A DNA stretch of 30,207 bases. It comes from Candidatus Hermodarchaeota archaeon. Lineage in GTDB: Archaea > Asgardarchaeota > Lokiarchaeia > Sigyniarchaeales > SOKP01. Under the pieces are notes generated by a model, which saw only the letters and a program-made list of their open reading frames with translations, was not told the origin of the DNA and did no database searches. This document shows positions 17,216-25,969 of this stretch, in pieces. The stretch spans positions 31,684 through 61,890 of the forward strand of contig JBHLLO010000012.1 of NCBI GenBank assembly GCA_048885535.1, written 5' to 3'. Within the stretch, counting starts at the first letter, position 1; each line of letters begins with the position of its first letter. The position numbers and the translations under genes are program-made.

Positions 17216-17821
17216 TCAATACCGTAGGCTCTCATTAACATTCCTATAATCATTTGCTAATTTTCTAGTTTCAACATTGCCACACCTTGTGCATCTTAAT
17301 TTATTATGTCCAATTTTTTCAAGGGGAGTACCACAAATAACACAATCAGCATGGATTACACCCAAATTATTTCCGACAGTACTTAATTTAAATTCATTTG
17401 TAGTCTGCTCGATTACCTTAGCACGTACTATATCAGTTATCTGAAAAGCATCAGAAATTTTATCTACATATTTATGAGAGATCTGGGAGACATGAATATT
17501 TCCAAAATAAGAACTATTAAAATGAAGCTTATTATTTATTGTATGAAAATTTAACCCTATAGAATACTGTCTTAAAAAAAGAACAGTTCCTATTACAATA
17601 TCACCTATTTTTACTGTTTTTCGATCCTCTTCTTGATGACTCTTAATTTCGATCTCTTTTTTATTTTTATCAATTAAAATTATGCCTGTTTTAGTAGCAT
17701 AGATTTTACCATCCTTTATATAAGAAGACTGCTTATCAGGAAGAAATTCCTCGACAACTCCTAAATATTGACCCGTAATAACGATGTCTTTATTATTAAT
17801 TGCTTTTTTCATATATTTCAA
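17216..17821 (-). CDS. csl4: Exosome RNA-binding cap protein Csl4
   Basis: GQYLGVVEEFLP, KIGDIVIGTV, IHVSQIS, DIVRAKVI, LGVIHADCVICG...CTRCGNVETRKLA zinc ribbon. Confidence 0.95.
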   Translation of the reverse strand: MKYMKKAINNKDIVITGQYLGVVEEFLPDKQSSYIKDGKIYATKTGIILIDKNKKEIEIKSHQEEDRKTVKIGDIVIGTVLFLRQYSIGLNFHTINNKLHFNSSYFGNIHVSQISHKYVDKISDAFQITDIVRAKVIEQTTNEFKLSTVGNNLGVIHADCVICGTPLEKIGHNKLRCTRCGNVETRKLANDYRNVNESLRY

Positions 17822-17927
17822 AACATTCTTTTAATTTCTCTATTTAATTATTATTAAGTAAATTAATTAAATTTATTCATACTAATTTATAAAAACTCTA
17901 AACAAATTTAAGTCTCAGGCGTTTAAA

Positions 17928-18566
17928 ATAAAGAAAAAAGAAATAAGTTCTGTTATTCAGAGTACAGCTACTTTTTCTAATCCTAAAATTGAATTAGAAC
18001 AATATTGCATTGATGCAAATAGTGCTGTAGATATTATTTTCTTCGCAGGTTTTGAATTTAATGATATAACTAATCATCTAATTTTTGATTTTGGTACAGG
18101 AACAGGAAGATTATCAATTGCTTCTGCTTATTTTCAACCAAATTATATAATAAGTATTGATATTGATGTAGCAGCAATAAAAATCTTACAATATAATATT
18201 GAAAATCTTAAACTCGATCACATTATCTTCCCAATATGTGCAGATATCAGAAGTTTTGAGCTGTATCCATTATTTTTACCAAAAGATAAAAGAATTACAA
18301 CAATTATGAATCCTCCTTTTGGTGTACAAAAAAGCAGAGCTGATCGAAGCTTTCTACTTAAAGCATTTGAATTCTCTGACGTAGTTTATTCAATCCATTT
18401 AGCTAATGAAAAAGTCCATAATTTTATTAGTAATTTTATAAAAGATTTTAAGTGGAAGATTGATTATTATTTTCCTATTAAATTAAAACTCGATAAAACC
18501 TTCGAATTTCATAGTCAAAAAACGAAAAAAATTGATGTAAATATATATAGATTTATAAAAGCTTAG
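17928..18566 (+). CDS. METTL5-like N6-adenine RNA methyltransferase; probable non-canonical (ATA) start, and the ORF track shows only its last 86 aa
   Basis: Manual translation shows the frame open from 17886: IKKKEISSVIQSTATFSNPKIELEQY...DFGTGTGRLSIA...IDID...MNPPFG. This contains the LEQY, SAM-binding motif I and NPPF motifs. Confidence 0.88.
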   Translation: MKKKEISSVIQSTATFSNPKIELEQYCIDANSAVDIIFFAGFEFNDITNHLIFDFGTGTGRLSIASAYFQPNYIISIDIDVAAIKILQYNIENLKLDHIIFPICADIRSFELYPLFLPKDKRITTIMNPPFGVQKSRADRSFLLKAFEFSDVVYSIHLANEKVHNFISNFIKDFKWKIDYYFPIKLKLDKTFEFHSQKTKKIDVNIYRFIKA

Positions 18567-18586
18567 TTAATAGTCTGGTATTCTTT

Positions 18587-19891
18587 TTACTGATAATTTT
18601 TCCATGATGAATAGCTTTCTGGATAATTTGCATTCTTTCCTAAAAGTTCCTCTATCCTTAATAATTGATTATATTTGCTGGTTCTATCACTACGACATGG
18701 TGCTCCACTTTTTATTTGTCCAGAACATAACCCAACAGATAAATCTGCAATAAATGAATCCTCAGTTTCACCAGAACGATGAGAAACCATTACATTAAAT
18801 CCATTTCCAAATGCTAATCGACATGCTTTTATAGCTTCAGTCAAGGTCCCTATTTGATTTACCTTAAGTAATAATGCATTTCCTGCTTTTTCATTGATTG
18901 CTTTTTCTAGGATTTTGATATTAGTGACTGTTAAATCATCACATACTATTTGAATTGTCTTATCTATCTTTGCTGTAAGGTTAGTAAAACCTCTAAATGA
19001 CTTTTCATCAAAAGGATCTTCAATAGATTTTAAAGGATAATCGTGGATCAAGTCAAGATAGTATTGTAATAGCTCTTCCTCGTATAGTTTTTTTCCATCT
19101 ATGAAATACAAATCTTCGTTAAAAAATTCACTGGCTGCAGCATCTATTCCCAACACAAAATCTGTTCCCATTAGAAATCCTGCAGCTTCAATGGCCTCTA
19201 TGATCACATCAAATGCTTCTCTTGTTCCTGAAATATTAGGTGCAAAACCACCCTCATCACCCACATTGATAGCTGAATTACCAAATTTTTCGTTTAATAG
19301 TTTTTTTAAAGTTTGATAAACTTCAACTACATTTTGAATCGCCATTGAAAAATTAGCTGCACCTATAGGCAGTATCATAAATTCTTGTATTGCCAAATTG
19401 TTTCCAGCGTGCTTTCCTCCATTAATAATATTACAACAAGGTATTGGTAGTAAAAAATTCTCTTTTGATTTATTATGGCTTAATTCATAAATATGGGAAA
19501 ATAATGGTTTGTTTAACAGCTTAGCTGCTAATTTTGCTACACTAAGAGAGACAGACAAAATCGCATTAGCACCAATATTTCTTTTATTATCCGTTCCGTC
19601 TAGAGAAATCATTTCTTCGTCTATTTTTTGTTGTTCCCTTACGTCAAAACCAATTAATTTCTTTCCGAGAATCTCATTAACATTTCTTACAGCTTTGGTC
19701 ACATGTTTACCTAGAAAATCTTTTCCTCCATCCCGAAGTTCTAATGCCTCTAAAACTCCAGTTGATGCCCCTGAAGGAACAGCTGAACGTGCAAATTCAT
19801 CATTAATGTAGACCTCTGTTTCAACAGTAGGGTTACCGCGTGAATCTAAAATCCACCTTGATTTTATTTTTTGTATCAGATAATCAGACAT
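18587..19891 (-). CDS. eno: Enolase (phosphopyruvate hydratase)
   Basis: ILDSRGNPTVE, VPSGASTG, GDEGGFAP, LLKVNQIGTLTE, SHRSGETED, KYNQLLRIEE. Confidence 0.99.
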   Translation of the reverse strand: MSDYLIQKIKSRWILDSRGNPTVETEVYINDEFARSAVPSGASTGVLEALELRDGGKDFLGKHVTKAVRNVNEILGKKLIGFDVREQQKIDEEMISLDGTDNKRNIGANAILSVSLSVAKLAAKLLNKPLFSHIYELSHNKSKENFLLPIPCCNIINGGKHAGNNLAIQEFMILPIGAANFSMAIQNVVEVYQTLKKLLNEKFGNSAINVGDEGGFAPNISGTREAFDVIIEAIEAAGFLMGTDFVLGIDAAASEFFNEDLYFIDGKKLYEEELLQYYLDLIHDYPLKSIEDPFDEKSFRGFTNLTAKIDKTIQIVCDDLTVTNIKILEKAINEKAGNALLLKVNQIGTLTEAIKACRLAFGNGFNVMVSHRSGETEDSFIADLSVGLCSGQIKSGAPCRSDRTSKYNQLLRIEELLGKNANYPESYSSWKNYQ

Positions 19892-20004
19892 GTTTTCTTT
19901 ATTTTTTTCCTAAAATTTATTATTACTAATATAGAAAGAAATTTTAATTCTTAAATTGTATTTTTTAATAATATTATATTTTTAACTTAAATTTATACAT
20001 ACAA

Positions 20005-20976
20005 ATGTCACTTGAAAACCGTCCATGGGTTGAGAAATACCGACCTAGAAGATTAAATGATGTTGCAAATCAAAAAGGTATAATTAATCGCCTTCAACAA
20101 TTTATTAAAGATAAATCAATGCCACATCTTATATTTGCTGGTCCAGCCGGTACAGGAAAAACTACCTCGGCATTAGCAATAGTCAGAGAATTATTTGGGA
20201 GAAAAATGGCTTTAAACACTACCTACTTAGAATTAAACGCAAGTGACGCTAGAGGTATAGAAGTTATTAGGACGTACATTAAAGATTTTGCAAAAACAAG
20301 ACCTCCATCAGACATTCCTTTCAAAATTTTGATATTAGATGAAGCGGATAACATGACTGCCCCTGCTCAACAAGCGCTTAGGAGAACTATGGAAAAATAT
20401 ACCGAAAACTGTAGAATGATTCTAATTTGTAATTATTCTAACAAAATAATTCCTCCTATCCAATCTAGATGTGTGGTCTTTAGATTTTCTTCATTAAAAG
20501 GTGAAGACATAAAAAACAGGCTAAAATATATAGCAAGAGAAGAGAATATTACTGTAACCACTGATGGATTGAATGCATTAGTAGATGTCTCACGAGGAGA
20601 TTGCAGAAGAGGTATAAATTATCTACAATCTTGCTCTACGATTTCTCAAAAAGTAGATCAGAATATTGTATTTCGAGTTGCAGGGGAGGTTCCCCATGAG
20701 AGAATAAGAAATGTGCTCCAAACAGCTCTTCAGGGACAATTAGAATTCTCAATAAAATTACTAAATGATATAATCGAAGAATATGGACTTTCAGGAATCA
20801 ACATTATTAAAAATATTCACAGAGAGATATATGACTTAAATATCTCTGAAGATCTAAAAATAGAACTTTCTAAGTTGTTGGCCGAATTTGAATTCAGAAT
20901 AAGTCAAGGGGCTACGGAAGAGATTCAAATAAAAGCTCTTTTAGCTAATATTGTCATGTTGCAAGACATGGAATAG
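20005..20976 (+). CDS. rfcS: Replication factor C small subunit
   Basis: PWVEKYRP, GPAGTGKT, ELNASDARG, ILDEAD, AQQALRRTME and SRC motifs; no intein. Confidence 0.98.
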   Translation: MSLENRPWVEKYRPRRLNDVANQKGIINRLQQFIKDKSMPHLIFAGPAGTGKTTSALAIVRELFGRKMALNTTYLELNASDARGIEVIRTYIKDFAKTRPPSDIPFKILILDEADNMTAPAQQALRRTMEKYTENCRMILICNYSNKIIPPIQSRCVVFRFSSLKGEDIKNRLKYIAREENITVTTDGLNALVDVSRGDCRRGINYLQSCSTISQKVDQNIVFRVAGEVPHERIRNVLQTALQGQLEFSIKLLNDIIEEYGLSGINIIKNIHREIYDLNISEDLKIELSKLLAEFEFRISQGATEEIQIKALLANIVMLQDME

Positions 20977-21786
20977 CATTTTCTTAAGAGTATTTTTATT
21001 TTCCATATGATCAAAATAACTCATCATCCTCTTACTTGAGTTTTGATCAATTTCAAATTGTATATCTTTCTCATAGACTATATCCCATAATATTAATCCA
21101 ACTGGATTTGCAGGTTGATATGAAACGTAATTAGCCGTATCAAGTAAACTTAGAAATTCATTATAATTTATTTTTCCTATTGCTACTTCAGTTAGCTTTT
21201 TAACCATTCTTCTAATTTGCTGCCTTAAAAAGGATTTGCTCTTAAAACAGAAGATTAAAAAATCATCCATAATATTGACTGAAGCAAAGTTTAAGGTTCT
21301 GATTGTGTTGACTTTATCATTTTCTTTCTTTGCAAAATTTTTAAAATCATGTTCTCCTTCAAGTTCTTTACAGGCACGTTTTATAAGATCTATATTTACA
21401 GAGTTACCACTGCCCGGCAGAATGTACTTATAATAACGATATAAGGCATTATATCTTGAAGAAAAGTCTAATGGAACTCCAGTATATGCCCATATTCCAA
21501 TTTTATATGGTAGCTCAGAATTTATCTCCATCAATATTGGGTCTTTGTTAGTTATAACAGAGAATGTAGCGCCTCTAGCAGAGACGTATTTATCAGTCCT
21601 ACTGGCAGTTTCAAATTCTGATTCATTAACTCCATTTATATAATCTTTTTTTATCAATGCATTGATTAAATAACTTTCAATGGTTGGAACATTTAATTGT
21701 CTTTGAGATCCATAAAATTTTCCTGAACCAATATAGTAAAATTTAAAAAGGAACTTTTTCTTCTCTGAAGTCATAGATTTCATCAT
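20941..21786 (-). CDS. truA: tRNA pseudouridine(38-40) synthase
   Basis: FYGSQRQ, ASRTDKYVSA (catalytic Asp), RYYKY, GEHDFKNF, SFLRQQIRRMV. Confidence 0.95.
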   Translation of the reverse strand: MMKSMTSEKKKFLFKFYYIGSGKFYGSQRQLNVPTIESYLINALIKKDYINGVNESEFETASRTDKYVSARGATFSVITNKDPILMEINSELPYKIGIWAYTGVPLDFSSRYNALYRYYKYILPGSGNSVNIDLIKRACKELEGEHDFKNFAKKENDKVNTIRTLNFASVNIMDDFLIFCFKSKSFLRQQIRRMVKKLTEVAIGKINYNEFLSLLDTANYVSYQPANPVGLILWDIVYEKDIQFEIDQNSSKRMMSYFDHMENKNTLKKMLFHVLQHDNIS

Positions 21787-21958
21787 AAGGATAATTAGAA
21801 ATTTTAAAATGTTGAGATATAATGATAAATTTATCTCATGTTATAATATCAAGACCATTTAATATATTAAAAAATAATCTTTTAATGATAAGGATTTTTT
21901 TTATATCTAAGTTTAATTTGAAATATAAGTATTGATTAATTGGATTTAATGTACAAAG

Positions 21959-24900
21959 ATGCCTAAAATTTTATCATCAATCAAAAATTTAAGAGATCGC
22001 CTTAGAGCCGGTGTAACTATTAAATCTCAGAATGTTTTATTTTTTATCGCAATCAGTTTAGTAGTTATATTAGCAATTGTTATAAGGTTATCTCCCGCTT
22101 ATTTGGGCAATAATTTAATTAAGGCATTTGATCCATGGATTCAATATTACAATGCAGAATATCTTTCCCAACATTCATTATTTGAATATTTCAACTGGCA
22201 TGACTATAAAAGTTGGTTTCCTCAAGGATTTAACAGATATAATTTACGACCAGGACTAACTTTTACGGTAGTGATAATTTATAACTTCTTTAATTTCATT
22301 GGAATACCAATTTCTTTATATGATATTTGCTTTTACTTTCCTGCTTTTATGGCAGGTTTAACTGTTTTTGGTATGTATCTATTGGGAAAAGAAGCCTTAA
22401 ATAAGCAATTGGGCTTAGTTGCTGCCTTTTTCCTCGCGTTTAATCCGGGTTACATGCAACGTACAGTCGCTGGGTTTTTTGATAATGAAACTATAGGAGT
22501 TTTTGCTTCTATAATGACTCTATATTTCTTTATAAAGACAATCCGAACAGGAAAAATTACGGATTCTATTTTTGGAGGATTGTTTTTAGGTTATCTTTCT
22601 CTTAGTTGGGGTGGTTATTACTTCATTTATTACTTATTACCAATTACCTGTTTTATAATAATTCTTACGAAAAAATACACGACTAATGTTTTAATAGCTT
22701 ATGCTGGGGTGGAAGGAACAGGCTTACTTACTTTTATGCTGTATGTTAAGTTTAAATTTGACACTTTTTTTACAAGCATAGTGTTAGGTGGAACTTTCAT
22801 TTTTGCCATTATTTTAGTAATATATCATTATATCCACATCAAGAGGAATGAATATCCTCGGTTTTATAATAGATTAATAAACTTTGTTAAGTGGGGATTG
22901 ATTCCAGCAATACTAGTTCTAGCTATTATTATTTGGATAGACCCTGACTTAATTCCATTCGGATTTGGTGGGAGATTACAAACCGTCCTCAGTCCGTTAT
23001 TGCGAGATGCATTTAATCTTACAGCCTCGGTAGCTGAACATGCACCCAGCTCATGGAGTGTGTTTTACTATAATACATTAATTCCATTAATGTTGATACC
23101 ACTTGGGTTGTTCTTTTTATTCAGAAGATCGAATGCAGCCGATATATTATTGATTGTATTTGTCTTATTTTTATTTTACTTTACAGGCAGCATGATTCGT
23201 ATAATTTTACTGTTTGCACCAGCAGCTAGTTTAGTTGGTGCCTATGGATTAGTCCATGTCTTAAAAATATTTGGTAGTTTTAGACGATATGATTCTATAA
23301 AAATAAAAAGAAAACGACAATTAAGACGAATAGTGGGATACCAAGAGGCTGCCTGGGTATACGGTCTTGTTGGAATTATGTTACTTGCACAAGTATGGCA
23401 TGCATCAAATTATTCAGCAACTCAACTTGGCTCAAGCCAGCTAGCTCCTGGAGGATATTATCATGATTGGGAAGAATCTCTAACCTGGATGAAGACTAAT
23501 CTGCCAGGAACTACCGTTGTAGTAAGTTGGTGGGATTATGGGTACTGGTTAACCCCTATCGGAAATATGACTACGGTAAACGATAATGGGACAATAAATT
23601 CCACGAGAATCGGTCTAACGGGCATGGCATTTATGCAGTCAAATGAGATATATAGTGCAAAAATTTTCAAACTCTTAAATGCAGATTACGTATTAGTTTA
23701 TTTCGGCTATCTATTCAGCCAATTGGGCGGAGACGAAGGGAAGTGGCCTTGGATGATGCGGATCTGTAATGATCATTACGAGAAGTATAAAAGCTGGGGA
23801 TTAGAAGAAGACAATTGGGGTTCAAATTCAGTCTTTGTAGAATCTGAAATTTATAATGATACATCAGGGCGTCCGTTCAAAATATGGTTTCAATCTCAAG
23901 TTGTAAGATTAATGTTCTGGAATGTTTCAACGGCTCCATTTTCTGGAAATCCTCAAACATTTGAAGATTACTATAGAGACCAAATTAATAATAGAAGAGC
24001 GGATAACGATGGGGATCCATGGGTGAATAATATACCTCAAAATGGAGCTTATCGTTCTCAAGTATTTGTACCATGGTATTTCTCTCAAAATGGATTTGTT
24101 AAGTTGTATAAGATGGATTATACGGCATTAGAATCATCCTTCCAAATTAAAGATCCAGAAGTATTTGATACGGGATATGCTACTTTCAAATTAAAAAACA
24201 CTGGTACCAAGGATTTGGAAATCAGGGATGTTTTAATAAATGGTCAAGATTACGATTTTTACCTTGGGAAAGGCATAGAAACCAACATTTTAGCTGCTGG
24301 AGAAGAAGATTTAGCTTGGGTTGATATTAAATCGAGTGGTTATCAATTTAAGAAGAATGATGTAGTAAATATTTCAGTAATAGCTTATTCTGAAGCTTTA
24401 GAAGGCAGGACCTTTGCTTTTTCCAACAGTACAAAAAAATTCTTTGTAAAAGAAGCAGTACCAAGTGAAATTAGAATAAATGAACTAAATAGTAAAGTCG
24501 TGCAAATAAATGAAAATCAAGCAGAAATCTATTTGGAAGTAGAAAATACTGGCGAATCTGTTGTAATTTTAGATGAATTTTACGTTGATTTAGAAGATAA
24601 CACTTTATCTGATAGAACTTATTTAGAGGGATCTCCAATATTAAATCCTGGACAAAGTGCATATGTTAAGCTAACTACAGACCTCACATTTTTTCCATTT
24701 GATCTTGAAGGCATTGTTCATAAAATTGGAGTTATTACTCCGGGTGGCGTAAAAGATGAGATTTTGTTAGCGCCTAATTATGAGAATTACGATTTAAGTC
24801 TGCTATCACAATATAGAGCCATATCACCGGAGGGTTCAGTCATTCCATCTAGTTCTTTGAGAAAATATATGCCGCTTGAATTAGATAAAACATTTGCTTA

Positions 24901-25855
24901 CAGCTATGATAATGGAACTACATTATTGAGTGTTAAAGTGAAAAACACAGGAAATGTAATTATGGCTCTTGATTCAGTATATCTCACCCAAACGGATTTG
25001 TGGACGGAGGTTGATTTTTATCCTAAAAAAGGAAACCTTTTACCAAATCAAGAGAAAACAATAAAAATCATTGCTTCAGATTACTTTGATATCGATGTAA
25101 ATGAAGATATTGGCATTGTAGTCTCGGCTCTTTTCGATGGATCAACAAAAGCAGCAGATGTTGGCTTCATTCAAAGCATTAATAGTTCAGCAGATATTAA
25201 AATTATAAAAAATGTTTATGGGAAGCAAGCTTCATATATTGCTGCTAATGAAACTGGACAGCTTCTAATAAAGAATACTGGAGTAGAACCCGTTAGATTA
25301 AATAACATATATATTAATGAAACAAGTGTATTATCTTTTGAAACTGATGTAAATTTTCTTTATGGAGATATTGACTTAGATTTTCAAGAATGTGCTTTAA
25401 TTTCATTTAATGTTTCGGATTTCAAGATAAATGCTACAAATACAATTAAAATAAAAGTTACAACAAATACATCCGCAGTTTCTTCCACCATATTTAATGC
25501 TTATGTGGATTCAACTCTTTATAATATTGATATTGACGATACTCCCACATATGCAGATAGAGGTCTAGATGAAGTTATAATTCAGATTATAAATAACGGT
25601 CTAAAGAATGTTACAATAGATTCAATTTATATCAATAATACATATATTCCGTTAGCAAGCTTTACTTTCATAACTGGAAGTTCCTTTGAAGTAGAAAACT
25701 CTGGTGGATTTATCACGCTTTCAATTTCACTCACTGATATTGAAACATTTTTGGGTTTAGGTGTAGGAACTGTGGCTGTAGGCGACAAATTAATTTTATT
25801 GACTCGCAGTGAAGAAGGTGCTGAAGATACGCATCAAGAAATTGTAAGAGCTTAA
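21959..25855 (+). CDS. aglB: Oligosaccharyltransferase AglB/STT3 with long repetitive C-terminal extension
   Basis: FDPW, GFFDNE, SVAEH, WWDYG, DNGT and DEGKWPWM (DK motif); multi-TM N-terminal half. Confidence 0.95.
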   Translation: MPKILSSIKNLRDRLRAGVTIKSQNVLFFIAISLVVILAIVIRLSPAYLGNNLIKAFDPWIQYYNAEYLSQHSLFEYFNWHDYKSWFPQGFNRYNLRPGLTFTVVIIYNFFNFIGIPISLYDICFYFPAFMAGLTVFGMYLLGKEALNKQLGLVAAFFLAFNPGYMQRTVAGFFDNETIGVFASIMTLYFFIKTIRTGKITDSIFGGLFLGYLSLSWGGYYFIYYLLPITCFIIILTKKYTTNVLIAYAGVEGTGLLTFMLYVKFKFDTFFTSIVLGGTFIFAIILVIYHYIHIKRNEYPRFYNRLINFVKWGLIPAILVLAIIIWIDPDLIPFGFGGRLQTVLSPLLRDAFNLTASVAEHAPSSWSVFYYNTLIPLMLIPLGLFFLFRRSNAADILLIVFVLFLFYFTGSMIRIILLFAPAASLVGAYGLVHVLKIFGSFRRYDSIKIKRKRQLRRIVGYQEAAWVYGLVGIMLLAQVWHASNYSATQLGSSQLAPGGYYHDWEESLTWMKTNLPGTTVVVSWWDYGYWLTPIGNMTTVNDNGTINSTRIGLTGMAFMQSNEIYSAKIFKLLNADYVLVYFGYLFSQLGGDEGKWPWMMRICNDHYEKYKSWGLEEDNWGSNSVFVESEIYNDTSGRPFKIWFQSQVVRLMFWNVSTAPFSGNPQTFEDYYRDQINNRRADNDGDPWVNNIPQNGAYRSQVFVPWYFSQNGFVKLYKMDYTALESSFQIKDPEVFDTGYATFKLKNTGTKDLEIRDVLINGQDYDFYLGKGIETNILAAGEEDLAWVDIKSSGYQFKKNDVVNISVIAYSEALEGRTFAFSNSTKKFFVKEAVPSEIRINELNSKVVQINENQAEIYLEVENTGESVVILDEFYVDLEDNTLSDRTYLEGSPILNPGQSAYVKLTTDLTFFPFDLEGIVHKIGVITPGGVKDEILLAPNYENYDLSLLSQYRAISPEGSVIPSSSLRKYMPLELDKTFAYSYDNGTTLLSVKVKNTGNVIMALDSVYLTQTDLWTEVDFYPKKGNLLPNQEKTIKIIASDYFDIDVNEDIGIVVSALFDGSTKAADVGFIQSINSSADIKIIKNVYGKQASYIAANETGQLLIKNTGVEPVRLNNIYINETSVLSFETDVNFLYGDIDLDFQECALISFNVSDFKINATNTIKIKVTTNTSAVSSTIFNAYVDSTLYNIDIDDTPTYADRGLDEVIIQIINNGLKNVTIDSIYINNTYIPLASFTFITGSSFEVENSGGFITLSISLTDIETFLGLGVGTVAVGDKLILLTRSEEGAEDTHQEIVRA
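24180..25855 (+). repeat. Five degenerate protein-level repeats of about 110-130 aa in the AglB C-terminus
   Basis: LKNTGTKDLEIRDVLING (~24191), VENTGESVVILDEFYVD (~24539), VKNTGNVIMALDSVYLT (~24938), IKNTGVEPVRLNNIYINE (~25268), INNGLKNVTIDSIYINN (~25589). Confidence 0.75.
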
Positions 25856-25969
25856 ATATTAATTCCTTACTTTTTCATAAAAATCATAAATTATGTTACA
25901 CTAGAATATTTGTAGTCTTATTAGTTATATATTCCATTTTATCCTTACTTTATAATATCTTTCTAATTT

